This document shows, piece by piece, positions 11,896 to 26,366 of a stretch of 64,000 bases of DNA. Source of the DNA: Hemiscyllium ocellatum (taxonomy: Eukaryota); assembly GCF_020745735.1 (NCBI RefSeq), contig NC_083449.1, forward strand, positions 10,080,923 to 10,144,922. Reading direction: 5' to 3'. Position numbers and translations under genes: made by a program. The notes beneath the pieces are model-generated. The model was not told the DNA's origin. It was given only the letters and a program-made list of their open reading frames with translations, and did not search any database. Position 1 is the first letter of the stretch. Every line of letters starts with the position of its first letter.

Positions 11896-14037
11896 GTATG
11901 TTACTGCTGTCAGATTGAAGAACATCCTTTCTATAGTTATAGAGCAGGTTGAATTAGACGCACATTGACTCAATTTCCAGAGAGAAACTTTCAAATCAAG
12001 AGTCAGATATCACAGAGGAATTATATTTTTTTCTCTCTCACCATTCTTTATGTACACTATCCCATTTTGAATAATTCTTATAGTTCACAGCCATAGAATT
12101 ATACAGATGTACAGCACAGAAACAGACCATTCGGTCTGACTCATCCATGCCAACTAGATATCCGAAACTAATCACATCCCATTTTCCAACACTCGTGTCG
12201 TTTGCCAGCACTTGACCCATATCCCTCTAAACCATTCTTATTCATGTATACAGCCAGATGCCTTTTAAATGTTGGAATTGTTCCAGCCTCCACCACTTCC
12301 CAGTCCAGGGAAAATACCTTGTCTATGTAGCCTATCCATGGTCCTCTTGATTTTATAATCTCGATAAGGTTACCCCCTCAGCCTCCAGGGAAAACAGGCC
12401 CAGCCTCTTCAGCCTGTCCCTTTCACTCGAACACTCCAACCCTGGTAACAATCTTATAGATCTTTTCTGAATGTTCCATGTTTCACAACGTCCTTCCAAT
12501 AGGAAGGTGATCAGAATTGCACACAATATTACAAAAGTGGCTGAACCAATTACCTGTACAGCCTCTACATGAAGTCCAAACCCCTATACTCTATGCTCGG
12601 ACCAATAAAGAACAGCATACTAAATGCTTGCTTCATTATCCTATCAACCGGTGACTCCACTTTCAAGGAACGATGAACCTGCACTCCAAGGTCTCTTTGT
12701 TCAGCAATACTCCCCAGGACCTTACCGTTAAGTGTATAACTCCTGCGTTGATTTGCCTTTCTGAAATGCAGCACCTCAAATTTATCTGAATTAAATACAA
12801 TCTGCCAGTGCTCAGCCCAGAGCCCCATCTGATCAAGATCCTGTTGTACTCTGAGGGAACCTTCTTTGCTGTCCACTACACCGCCAATTTTGGTGTCATC
12901 TGTAAACGTGTTATGTTCACATTCAAATCATTCTTATAAATGATAAAAAGCAGTGTACCCTGCACCGATCCTTGAGGCATACCACTGATCACAGATGTCC
13001 AGTCTGAAATATAACCCTCCACAACCACCTTCTGTCTTCCACATTCAAATAAACTCTGTGTCCAAATTGCTAGTTCTCCCTGATTTTGTGATCTAACTTT
13101 GTTAACCAGACTATAATGAGGAAACTTGTTAAACATCTTACTGAAGTCCATATAGATCCCATCCACTGCTCTACTCTCATCAATTGTCGAATCAAAGAGA
13201 TGTACAGCACGGAAACAGACACTTCGGTCCAACTTTCCATGCCGACCAGCTACCCCAACCCAATCTAGTCCCACGTGCCAACACTCCCTCCAAACTCTTC
13301 CTCTTGATTTACCCATTCAGATGCTTTTTAAAAGTTGCAATTGTACTAGCCTCCACCACTTCCTCTGGCACTTCATTCCAAGAATGTACCACCCTCTGCA
13401 TGAAAACCTTTCCACTTAGGTCTCTTTTATATCTTTTTCCATTTTTCCCTAAACCTATTCCCTCTAGTTCTTGACTTCCCCATCCCAAGAAACATACCTT
13501 TTCCATGTCACTCTTGATTTTATAAACCTCTGTAAGGTCAGTCCTCAGCCTCCGACGTTCCAAGTAAAAACAGCCTATTCAACTTCTCCTAGCCTAAATC
13601 CTCCAACCCTGGCAACAACCTTGTTAATCTTTTCTGAACCTTTCAAGTTTGACAGCATCCTTCTGATAGGAAGGAGACCGGAACTGTATGCAATATTCCA
13701 ACAGTGGCCTAACCAATGTCCTGTACAACCACAACATGTACTCAAAAGTCTGACCAATAAAGAACAGCATACCAAATGCCTTCTTCACTATCTTATCTAC
13801 CTGCGACTCCATTTTCAAGGAACTATGCACCTGCACTCCAAAGTCTCTTTGTTCAACAACACTCCCTAGGAGTTTAACATTAAGTCCTGCTAAGATTTGC
13901 TTTCCCAAAATGCAGCGCCTTGCATTTATCTGAATTAAACTCCATCTGCCACTTCTCAGCCCATTGGCCCATCTGATCAAGATCCTTTTGTAATCTGAGG
14001 TAACCTTCTTCGCTGTCCACGACTCTCTAATTTTGGT

Positions 14038-14248
14038 GTAAAAAGTGAGGTCTGCAGATGCTGGAGATCAGAGCTGAAAATGTGTTGCTGGTTAAAGCAC
14101 AGCAGGTTAGGCAGCATCCAAGGAACAGGAAATTCGATGTTTCGGGCCAGAGCCCTTCCTGATGAAGGGCTCTGGCCCGAAACGTCGAATTTCCTGTTCC
14201 TTGGATGCTGCCTAACCTGCTGTGCTTTAACCAGCAACACATTTTCAA
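14038..14248 (-). mobile_element. Penelope-like fold-back mini-element (family A), 15-bp TSD
   Basis: Inverted arms; TSD CTCTAATTTTGGTGT at 14025-14039 and 14249-14263. Confidence 0.85.
14156..14189 (+). ncRNA. Minimal type I hammerhead ribozyme motif
   Basis: TTC-CTGATGA-A-GGGC-TCTG-GCCC-GAAAC-GTC-GAA: intact core, stem II, stem I (TTC/GAA), palindromic ACGT stem III. Confidence 0.75.
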
Positions 14249-16444
14249 CTCTAATTTTGGTGTCATCTGCAAATTTACTTACTATACCTCCTATGCTCAC
14301 ATGCAAATCATTTATATAAACGACAAAAAGTAGTGGACCCAGCACTCTACAGGTCACTGGCCTCCAGTCTTAAAAACAATCCTCCATTATCACCCTCTGT
14401 CTTCTATCTTTGAGCCAGTTCTGTATCCAAATGGCAAGTTCTCCCTGTATTCCATGAGATCGAACCTTGCTAACCAGTCTCCCATGGGGAAATACTCTTC
14501 GTTGCTTATTCAAAAATCTCAATTTAGTTGGTATAGTGCATGGGAAACCATGACACACAATGTTCACTGTCCCAAATCAGTCCTTGACTGTCGAAATACG
14601 TGTAAGTTCTGTCCCTCCAACATCTTGCCAACACTGATGGCAGGCTCACCAGCCTAAAGTTCCCTGGCTTTTCCTTATCACCTTTCTTAAATAGTAGCAC
14701 CACGTTAGCCAACCTCTAGTCTTCTGGCACCTCGCCTGTGACTATCGATGTTAAAAGTATCACAGCAAGGAACACACCAAACACTTCTGTAACTTCCCAA
14801 AGAGGTCTATGATATGCCTGATCAGGTCCTGGGGATTTAACCACATTTATGTATTTCAAGACGTCCACTACTACTACTCCTCTGTAATATGAGCATCTTT
14901 CAAGATGTCACCATCTATTTCCCCACATTCTATATTTTCCATGTCCTTCTCCACAGTAAACAGTGATGCAAAATATTCTTTTAGTATCTCCCCCATCTTC
15001 TGTGGCTACACATAAAGGCCCCCTTGCTGATCAATGAGGGGCTCTAATCTCTCCCTCGTTACCCTTTTTGTCCTTGATGTATTCATAAAATCCCTTGGGA
15101 TTCTCCTTAACCCTAATTTCCAAAGCTATCTCATGTCCCCTTTTTGCCCTCCTGATTTCCCTCTAAGTATACTCCTACTGCCTTTTCCTCATTTAAGGAT
15201 TCACTCGATCTCTGCTGTCTGTACCTGACATATGTTTCCTTCTTTCTCTGGACCAAAACCTCAATTTCTCCATCATCCAGCATTCCCTGCACTTTCCAGA
15301 CTTGCTGTTCACCCTAACAGGAACAGATTGTCTCTGGACTCTCGTTATCTCATTTTTGAAAGTTTCCCATTTTCCAGCTGTCCCTTTACCTGCGAACATC
15401 TGCTACCATTCAACTTTTGAAAGTTCTTGCCTAATATTGTCAAGCCCATTGATATTTTACACCATTTTTCAAGGTGTTTAGACTGAATTGTTATCTGAAA
15501 TAGATACACAGGAAAGGCATTAAATCTACATTTAGTATGACATTTATAAAGTTAAAATCACGATGGAAAATAAAATCAGTCTGTAACATCATTTCAAAAA
15601 GCATATATAACACAGGTGTTAAATACAGAGATAGAAGGAAACCAGATAAAAGTCACCAGTTTACAGGATGAAACAGTGTTATTAAGTTTATTAGTGATTG
15701 GGCAGGACAGAGTTAACCCTTTAATGAATGGTTGTCACATGTAGTCACATGACAATTAAACAATGTGAATTCCAAACACCCATTCTCTGCCAAAGCCTGT
15801 CAAATAAAACTGCAGATGCTGGAGGCTGGAAACAAATGTAGAAATTGCTGGAAAAACTTAGCACATCTGGCAGCATCCAAATAGAAAGCAGAGTTAATGT
15901 ATTGGGGCCAGTGACTGTTATTCAGAACTGAATTTCTCCAGGAATTTCTAATGTTGTTCCTGACGGTGGAAAATAATTACTGCAGACACACACAGCAACT
16001 GATTAATTGAGAATTAGTTCAAAATACAAACACTGTAACTGCAGAGCAGGACTAATAGTTATGGAGTTCCATATATACTGCAGCCAACAGGAAATGATCC
16101 AATCGGGTGAATATCACTCTCATATGGAGTCATTGTGGTCTGCAGCAGTCAGAGACATCCAGCTAACAATTCTACTCCCACTCAGACAGCATCCCATTTC
16201 CAACAATGTATCATTGTGGCAGAAGGGCGGCCATCCCCACCATTAGCACAGATTTTTTATGACTCCATCTTCACCAAAAATGGTTCTTGTGCCATTGTTT
16301 CAAATTACCTTTCATTTTCTACAAATAGCCCTGCATTCCTATGAAGTCTGATATAAAATACAAGAAAATTCTACCATTTTCACAAATATTCAATGCGATC
16401 ACATATTCATAATTTGAAACAGTGGAGTAGGAAAGATTTAGTGA

Positions 16445-19400
16445 GATAATGGAACACAGAACATTACAGCACAGTACACTATTCCATTTTCATCCATATG
16501 TTTATCCAATGACCATTTAAATGCCCGTAAAGTTGGCGAGTCTACTACATTTGCAGGCAGAACATTCCACACCTCTACTACTCTGAGTAAAGAACCTACT
16601 ATGACAATTGTTTTATATTTATCACCCCTCAATTTAAGGTGCTGTCCCCTCATGCTCGCCATCACCATCGGGGCAGCTCTCACTGCCCACACACTATCTA
16701 ACCCTCTGATTATTTTATATATCTCTATGAAGCCACCTCTCCAACTTCCTCTCTCTAATGAAGCTTCATGTCCCTCAGCCTTTTCTCATAAGACATTCCC
16801 TCCAGACAAAACGACATTCCAGTAAATCACCTCTGAACCCTTTCCAAAGCTTTCACATCCTTCCTGTGATGCGGTGACAAGACGTGGATGCAATTTTCCA
16901 AGTACGGCCACACCAGAGTTTTGTAGAGCTGCAGCCTGACCTCATGGGTCCAAAACTCAACCCCTCTCTCAATAGAAGCTAACACATCTTATGCCTTCTT
17001 AACAACCCTATCAACCTGGGTGGCAATTTTCAGGGATCTATGTACATGTACACAGAGATCTTTCTGCTCGTCTACACTGCCAAGAACCTTACCATTAGCC
17101 CCGTACTCTTTATTCCTATTGCTTCTTTAAAAGTGAATAATCTCTCACTTTTCCTTATTAAATTCCATTTGCCACCTCTCAGCCCAGCTCTGCAGCTTAT
17201 CTATGTTCCCCCTGTAACCTGCAACATCTTTCAGCACTGTCCACAATTTTACAAACCGATCCTCCTACACCCTCACCCAAAACAGATCCTTGCGATACAC
17301 CACTAGTAACTGACTGCAGGATGAACATTTCCCATCATCTACCACCCTCTGTCTTCTTTCAGCTAGCCAATCTCTGAGCGAAGCTGCTAAATCACCCTCA
17401 ATTCCATGCCTCCATGTTTTGTGCAGTAGCCTACATTTGGAAACCTTAATGAAAACACCTAATCAAACACCTTACTGAAATCCACATACATTGCATCAAC
17501 TGCTTTATCTTCATCCACCTATTTGGTTGCCTTCTTAAAGAACTCAATAAGGTTTGTGAGGCATGACCTAGTCTTCACAAAACTATGTTGACTATTCCCA
17601 AACAACTTGTTCTGATCGAGATGATTATAAATCCTGTCTCTTCTAGTCTTTTTCAATAATTTACCCACAACCAAAGAAAGGCTCACTGATCTATAATTAA
17701 CAGGGTGGTCCCTACTCCCCTTCTTGAACAAGGAGACAACATTTGCTTTCTTCCAGTCTTCTGGCATTATTCCTGTACACAATGACGACATAAAGATCAA
17801 AGCCAAAGGCTCTGTAGTCTCCTCCCTGGCTCCCCAGAGAATCCTAGGATAAATTCTATTTGACCCTGAGGTTTATCTATTTTCACAAATTTGCAGAATT
17901 GCTAACACATCCTCCTTGTGAACCTATATCCCATATAGTCTAGTAGCCTGTCACTCAGTATTGTCCTCGACAAGATTGTCTTTAGCCAGTGTGAATACCG
18001 ATCAAAAATATTCATTTAGCGCTTCGCCTACCTTGTCAGGCACCACACACAACTTCCCACTCCTGTCCTTGATTGGCCCGAATCTTATTCTAGTCATTCT
18101 TTTGTTCCTGATATTGCTATAGAAAGCTTTAGGATTTTCCTTAATTCTATCTGCCAAAGACTTCTCTTGTCCCCTTCTAGCTCTTCTTAGTTCTCTCTTT
18201 CGATCTTTCCTAGCTAGCTTGTAACTCTCAAGCACCTTAGCTGTGCCTTCACATCTCATCGTAACATAGCCTTCTTCTTCCTCTTGACAAGAGATCAACT
18301 TCCTTAGTAAACGAAAGCTGCCTCACTCGTCCACTTCCTACCTGCCTGACAGATACACACTAACCAAGGACACACTGTAGCGTGCTAAGCTCCACATTTC
18401 ATTTGTGCCATCCCCTGCGGTTTCCTTTCCCATCCTATGCATCATAAATCTTGCCCACTCGCACCATAATTGCCTTTTCCCCCAGTTATGAATCTTGCCC
18501 TGTGGTATATATCTATCTCTTTCCTTCGCTAAAGTAAACATAACTAAATTGTGGTCACGCTCACCAAAGTGCTCACCTACCTCCAAATCGAACATCTGGC
18601 CGGGTTCATTACCCAGTACCAAATCCATTGTTGCCTCGCACCTGGTTGGCCTGTCTACATACTGTGTCAGGAAACCCTTCTGCACACATTGGACAAAATC
18701 TGACCCATTTTCAGTCAATATTTTGAAAATTTAAAGTCTCCCAGAACAACTACCCTGTTACATTGACTCTTATTCCAGAATCATCTTTACAATCCATTCC
18801 TCTACATCTCTGGAACTATTCTGAGGCTTATAGAAAACTCCCAACAGAGTGACCTCTCCTTTCCTGTTTTTAACCTCAACCAATACTTCCTCATTAGACG
18901 AGTCCTCATGCATCCTTTCTGCCACCGTAATACAGTCCTTGACTAACAATACCCCACCTCCCCTTTTTTTGCCATCTTCTCTGTTCATACTGAAACATCT
19001 AAATTCCAGAACCTATGACAACAATTCCTGTCCCTGCTTGATCCATTTGTCAGATACGGCGACAACCTCAAAGTCCCAGATAGCAACCCATGCTGCAAGT
19101 TCACCCAGCGTATTCTGCATGCTCCTGGCATTGAAGTAGATACACTTCAAACCACCTTCCTGTTTGCTGGTGCACTCCTGCAACATTGAAACCATATTTC
19201 TGATCTCACTACGCTCAACCTTTGGAAACAGGAACTACAATTTAGGTTCCCATTCCCCTATTGAATTTGTTTAAACCCTCTCGAAGAGCATTAGCAAACT
19301 TCCCCAGGATATTGGTACCCCTCTGCTTCAGGTGTAGACCGTCATGTTTGTAGAAGTCCCACCTACCCCAAGGTCCCTTTTTCCTCAGGTATCCAAAACT

Positions 19401-20040
19401 CTCCCTCCCATCTCATCCCTTTAGGTACATGTTGAAATTCTCTCTCTCTCCCTATTCTTCACCTTGATAGCATGTGGCATGGACAACTAGCCAGAGTTAA
19501 CAACTCTGCTTGTTCTAGCTCCAAGCTTCCACCCTAGCTCCCTGACTTTCAGCCTTAAATCCACATCCCTTGGCCTACTTATGTTGTTAGTGCCTATGTG
19601 GACTGTGACTTGAGCAGCTCCCGCTCCTCCTCAAGGATCCCAAAAACACGATCTGTGACATCATGAGCCCTGGCACCTGGGAGGCAATACTCCAACCATG
19701 AGTGTCTCTCTTTCCTACAGAACATCCTATCTGTCCCTTTAACTATAGAGAACCCAATGACTAATGTGCAGTTCCTCTCCCCACTTCACATCTGAGCAAC
19801 AGGGACCGACTATGTGCCAGAGACTTACTGCTAAGTCTGCCCCACATCAACACTATCTGAAACGGTATCTTGTTGTTAAGGAGAATGGCAACAGGGGATC
19901 CCTGTGCTGTCTGCTAGTTCCCTTTCAGTCCCCTGACTGTGACCCATTGGCCATTTTCTTGTCTCCAAGGTGTGACTATCTCCCTGTAACTCCTCACAGG
20001 ATAAGGGAGCTGACTAGAGCTGCTCATTTTATCTTTTTGC
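16445..20040 (-). mobile_element. Near full-length decayed CR1 LINE
   Basis: Endonuclease (CIYFNARS, DLVLGNEPGQ) and RT (NYRSVSL, SCLTNLIEFF) remnants. Confidence 0.9.
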
Positions 20041-20279
20041 GAGAAGAATTCAACATTTCATTTTTCAGAAATCTTACTTTGACTGTTGCACTTTCCTCCA
20101 CCGCTTGAGAGAAAATCAAAGTCGTTCTCCCTTCCTCCTCCTCTCCGTAGAGCCACATATGTGTCCCAATGATGGTGAGCACCATCACAATACAGAGCAG
20201 GGTAATTAACTCCTACCTTTACTTCAACAGTCTTCAAATAATTAAATCACTGTGCACTGAGAAAGAAATACTAATTCTG

Positions 20280-21390
20280 ACCTTGATCAGGTAGATCAGT
20301 GGGCCCAAGAAGTGGCAGATGCAATTTAGTTTGGATACATGTGAGGTGTTAAATTTTGATAAGACAAACCAGGGCAGGACTTATACACTTGATGGTGGGG
20401 TCTTGGGGATTTGCTCAACAATGAGACCGAGGAATGCAGGTGGATATTTCCTTGAAAGTAGAGTCACCGGTGGACAGGGCAGTGAAGAAGCCATTGGGCA
20501 TGTTTGTCTTCATTGGTTAGAACATTGAGTGTAGCAGTTGGGTTGTCAGATTGTCCGTGATGCCACTTCTGCGAGAATGCATACAATGCTCATCACCCTT
20601 CACCAGGAAGGATGTTGTTAAACTTGAGATGGTGCAGAAAACATTTAAAAGGATTTTATGGTTACAGTGTCATACAGCATAGAAACAGACCCTTCAGTCC
20701 ACCATGTCCAGGATGTCCAACAAACACCAAACTGAATTCATCCCATTTACCTGCACTTGGCCAATAGCCGTCCATGCCATGGTTTCTTAAGGGCACCTCC
20801 AGATGCTGCTTCAATGCTGTGAGAGTATTCCATCACACTCTCAGGCAGCATATTACAAACTTTACCCACCATCTACCTCAAAATATTTTCCTTTGATATC
20901 TGCTAAACTGCTTTCCCCACAACTTCAACTTGTGCCCCCTGGTCTCAGACACATCTGTCAAGGAGAGAAAGATTCTCACAATCTACTCTGTCTGCATCTC
21001 TCACAATTTAGTTTATGTCAGTCAGATCCTCCCTCAACCTCCTCTGCTCCAAGGAAACCAAACCCAGCTCATACGATCTCCCCTTTTGATGGAAACTTTC
21101 CAACCCACTACATCTGCTGCAGTCATTCCCATCCTTTAGAATTGTGTGACAATCAGAACTGCACACAGTATTTGATCTGTTTTATAAAGGTGGAATAAGA
21201 ATTCCTCGCTCTGACAATTCAACAGCTCCAGTACTGAAGGAAAGCATTCTGTATGCCTTCTTCAGCAGCCTCTCTGCCTGTGCATATCTCTCTGGGATAT
21301 ATAGACTTGTACACCAAGGTCCCTTTGTTCCTCAGTACTCCCTAGGGACCAATCCTTTCTTGTATAATTATTTCCCTTATTAGACTTTGG
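20280..21390. mobile_element. CR1/L2 LINE 3' fragments in both orientations
   Basis: WQMQF...CEVL.F RT-end motifs (+) followed by a minus-strand 3' tail. Confidence 0.7.
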
Positions 21391-21696
21391 AAATTATCCA
21401 AACTGCTTTAGAGTGTCAAAGACTGACAATGGTATAAAAAGTTTTAGTTTCATTTACAGTACGTAGAATTTCTCCAGTGCAGATAGAGGTCATTTGGCCC
21501 ATCAACCTGCAACAACTCACCAAAGCGCATCCCACCCAGATATTGACCGCACCCTATTCCCGTAACCACGTTTTTACCATAGTTAACCCACCTAGTCTGA
21601 ACATTGCTGAATATTGCAGGGCAATTTACAATGGCTAATCCAGCTAACTTGCACATGTTTGGACTGTGGAAGCAAACTAGAGCCCCAAGAGGGAAC

Positions 21697-22383
21697 TGTT
21701 ATGAAGATGTGGGTGTACTGTACCTTTAAGAAAGTTATCAACCAGTAGAACTACCGGACATCACCAAGTGTTCTGAGAAAAAATAATATTTAGTCAAACA
21801 ACTCAAGTAGCTGTTTGCCTGGAGACAAAAACATTTGAATTCAACCAATTAGTTGAAATTATATCCCGAAAATATCAAATTCCAATCCAGTTGGAATTGT
21901 GTATATTGACAATCTTAAAAGTCAATGACACATCCGAACTCTGGAGGTATAAGACCAGGGAAAATTGAACAGTTGGGAGGAGAATTGCCATGCCATCAGC
22001 ATGTAAAAAAAGTGCCTGAAAATTAGCTCTCTTAAAGGTACCTGTATCGATCAGTGACCTGTGAAGCACAATCCCCAAGAAGAACAAAAGACAACCCGAA
22101 TACAGTAAAGTACCAAAAGCTGCCTGGTTTTGAGATAAGCAGTTTTGTGTTGTAAATCTTAATCATGAGTTCTATCAGACTAGTGTTATAGAAGATAGGT
22201 TAGAAAAAGTAGTTATAAATACTTATTAGTTAATCACTCTGTTATACTTTAATATATAAAACTGTTAATCTTTACTTTAACTAGTTCTTGGCCTATCAAA
22301 TTTTCACAGATTACTGCATGGGATAAATCTTTTCAGTGTTGCTGGTTTTAAATTACGACATGGGGTGAACCCATTTGCTATCA
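21697..22383 (+). mobile_element. Solo LTR inserted into a V-SINE
   Basis: Starts TGTTATG; the inverted paralog at 63692-64000 ends CGTAACA; splits a minus-strand SINE (21465-21696 / 22384-22480) with an ~4-bp (G/A)AAC TSD. Confidence 0.65.
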
Positions 22384-23614
22384 AAATCAATGCAGACATA
22401 GGGAGCATGTCTGTGTGCAATTTGCACAATGAGCCAAGGCTGGAATTGAAACTGGGTCCCTGGCACCAGTGTGCCAGCATGCTACCCTGACATGGATGGC
22501 AATAGATAAAATCTTATTCATGTTGAGCAACAGAGACTTGAAGGAAAAAAAATGCTCCTGCGGTTTCTGGCAAGTGTCATGTCAAACAGAACCAAATATT
22601 ATAAATACTCATTTATTCACAGTGCACACATTGAAAGATACTTTCAAATGCACTCATCCATTCATTTAGTTGAATCTGTCAGGTACAGATTGAAAACTGC
22701 ACTCACACATTCACATTAGAGAAGCTAACAGGTATGGATTTAAAACAAAGTGCTCATATTCATTAAAAAAAACTGACAGGTACATTTTGATAACACACAT
22801 TCTCAGAACTTTAGTACACACAGGCAGATAAAAATGTCACTGACTTCTCATTTTTCTTATTGCCTTCTGCTTTTAGACATTCCAAAGTGGTGTTTGGTCA
22901 CACTCAAAATTGTCGATACTAAATGAGACACATTCTTATGTTAATGACTGACATCTCGAGAGTAAAAACAACAGGTTACACTTCAGAAAGTTTAAGTTAC
23001 AGTCCAGTAACATACTGACATGAAAAGACTGTGAAATAGAGTAAACAAAAATGCTTTACTTCCCAGAAATGGATAGGCACAGATTGGAGGAACATTTCCA
23101 AGTGGCAGGCAAATGGTATAAAGGTTTACTGCTTACATCAGTGTTTGGTGGATACAGAATAAACCTGTCTTGAAGTAACACTAATTGACTATTACACAGA
23201 GGACCAGAGCCTCAATGGACAGGTGTTGAATTCACGCCAAATGTCTGTATAAGGATTCGATAGATACAACGTTAAAGTGATACATATATAACATGCTAAC
23301 AGTTAACAAGCATTCGTATGAAACAGAAATGTTCTCAATCTCTGCGTAAAAGTTCAATACTCCGAAATAAAAATTGCAGCAAAGTGGTTCTGATATACTG
23401 TAGTTACTTGCAAAGTACACAGTTACAGATTGGTCTCTGGGCCCACAGTTAGCAATCAAGTTCTCAGAAATGTACAATCCCACAGTCAAGACAGGCATTT
23501 TCAACCCGTGACTCAAGAAAAGTTTTAAATGTGAGCTTTTTGTCATCTCTCTCCAACTCCGTACAGTTGAAAACGAGTTCCATCAACCCCAAACCTAGAA
23601 AACATTTTCAGTCC

Positions 23615-23900
23615 TTGAATCCCTACAGTGTAGAGTTAGGCACTTCGGCGGAACAAGTCAACACCGACCCTCCGAAGAGTAACCATCCAGACCCATTCTG
23701 CATTTACCCCTGATTAATGCATCTAACCTACGCATCCCGGAACATTCACCTTCCTGCACGTCTGAAGTGTGAGAGGAAAACTGAGCACCCGGAGGAAACC
23801 CACTCAGACACGGGACAATGTGCAAATTCCACAAGACAATCGCCCAAAACTGGAATCGAACCAGGGTCCCTGGCGCTGTGAGGCAGCAGGGTAACCACTG
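23615..23900 (-). mobile_element. V-SINE (HE1-like)
   Basis: Reverse complement of tRNA-like head plus V-domain; paralog at 61625-61925(+). Confidence 0.8.
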
Positions 23901-24227
23901 AGAAAAGTGGCAAGCTCAGTGTTAATTCCACCCCAGAGAGATGACCAGAAACCGATATAAAACAAATCTCCCTCAGCCAGACTGACAGGAACAGAATCAC
24001 CATCCACTTCCCATTTCGTTGCAGACTCTGACAGATCCACGTTGGGTCCCTCCCTAACCAATCACAGCTAAATATATGGACATGTGATTGATAAATGTAC
24101 AGATCTGTATATAAAAATGGTAAATTCTGATCTCTGTATGTAAATACTTACGTATGTATGGCATGACCAACTGTACAGACCATCAAATTATTTTATGAAT
24201 AAAGTATAGCTTTGAATTTTTTTTTAA

Positions 24228-24601
24228 ATGAGAAGAAAGCACAGCAAACCTCCAAGAAGGGCGCTAAGAAAATCATCAAGAAGGCGCCAGCGAAGGGCGG
24301 TAAGAAGAGGAGGCGGTCCAGGAAAGAAAGTTACTCCATCTACATCTACAAAGTGATGAAGCAGGTTCACCCCGCCACCGGCATCTCCTCCAAGGCCATG
24401 AGCATCATGAACTCATTCGTCAACGATATTTTCGAGCGCATCGCGGGGGAGGCTTCCCGCCTGGCCCATTACAACAAGCGCAGCACCATCAGCTCCCGGG
24501 AGATCCAGACCGCCGTGCGGCTGCTGCTGCCCGGGGAGCTGGCCAAGCACGCCGTGTCGGAGGGCACAAAGGCGGTGACCAAGTACACCAGCTCCAAGTG
24601 A
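24228..24601 (+). pseudogene. H2B: Histone H2B copy lacking proximal promoter and start codon
   Basis: H2B reading frame intact from EKKAQQ to YTSSK, but ATG-GCT-G and 165 bp of promoter are replaced by unrelated AT-rich DNA; HPDTG>HPATG. Confidence 0.85.
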
Positions 24602-24644
24602 AGGACCGCATTGTACTGAAACAAACACACATCCACAACCCAAA

Positions 24645-24660
24645 GGCTCTTATAAGAGCC
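24645..24660 (+). terminator. Histone 3' stem-loop (H2B copy)
   Basis: CCCAAA-GGCTCT-TATA-AGAGCC-ACCCA. Confidence 0.9.
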
Positions 24661-25679
24661 ACCCACAACCTTCCTGACATAGTTGAGCCATTTCTTTAAG
24701 ACTTGTTTGTTTTAGTTTGCATGTGATTTTTGATAAGGTATTTTAAGATTTCGCACTGCATTCACTTCTTTAATTGCTTTGCAATTTGATGAGATGCGTG
24801 AATGAAGGGGGAGGGCGGGAGGGAGTGAATATATCACAAATAGCCCCTTCCCCTGTCTATAGGGAGACAGCAGATTAAGCACCAGTGAGTCATTTTTAAG
24901 ATTGATTTGTTTTAGTGTGTGTGATTTTTGACCAGGTATCTTTCTTCGAGAACTATATTTGATATTATAAGTGCTTTGCAAATTGACGAGGTGGGGGGAG
25001 AGAGACTTCATAAGAGAGAGAGCAGATTAAACACGAGGGAGTCATCTTTCATCTTATTTGTTCAAGCTGCTAAAAGCCCTGGTGGAATGTTAACACTTAT
25101 TTTCACCCCCAAAAAACAAACGGAAGTGCTAACAGCTTTCAATCGCAAGGATTGACGCATTTTACCCTTTAAAAAAAACATTTCCATTGCGCGGGGTTAA
25201 TCCGATTTTTCAGAATGCAAATGCAAAGCCCTTTCTACTGTCGGTGAGTGGCTTTCAAAGTTAACTGAGGGAACACCAAAACAGCTGCCGGACTGAAACG
25301 TGGTGGTTATGCTGAATCTGATCGAGAGCGATAAGGGAGGACGGCTTTAAGATATCGTCCAAACATCGCCATCGATACTGAGCCGGAAGAATGTTGTGTG
25401 CTGCTTTATCAACATGCCGGGGTGCTATTGAAATGTGAAAAGAGCAGGTTGCAGACTGCAGTGTTTGGCCTGTTTTGTTTTAGCTTAAGTTTTAGAAAAT
25501 TATCCACTCTCAAGATCAGAAATGGACAGATAGTGGTGGGCAAGTGAGGGAGAGTAAGACCGGGAGAAGGATACATTTGTAAAGTAAAAGTAAATTGACA
25601 AACGAGTAGTAAGTGTTTTTAAAACCTCCTCAGTTTTTTTTTAGTACTTCGTTTTTCAATGTAAAACGGATTCCTTTGT

Positions 25680-26320
<641 letters not shown>

Positions 26321-26350
26321 AGAGACGTTTCTTGAATCTACCAACCCAAA

Positions 26351-26366
26351 GGCTCTTTTAAGAGCC
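26351..26366 (+). terminator. Histone 3' stem-loop (H2A) with downstream HDE
   Basis: GGCTCT-TTTA-AGAGCC; GAAAGGAG at ~26383. Confidence 0.92.

Larger units (their letters stand above)
12090..15440 (-). mobile_element. Nested decayed CR1 LINE 3' halves (RT region)
   Basis: ORF fragments YMDFSK.F.K.PH, KFADDTK, LYRTLVRPLLEYC, LERF. Confidence 0.9.

Noticed and set aside
6400-12000. snoRNA host-gene interpretation of the repeated short exons
   Set aside because: No conserved C/D or H/ACA box pairs were seen next to the exon copies; a covariance-model search was not run.
16306-16350. Possible ~39-nt minus-strand exon
   Set aside because: Phase does not fit the 20078 exon and there is no other support.
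24212-24601. 129-aa H2B ORF starting MNFFLNE
   Set aside because: It starts at a TTG inside the inserted AT-rich DNA; the true ATG is deleted.
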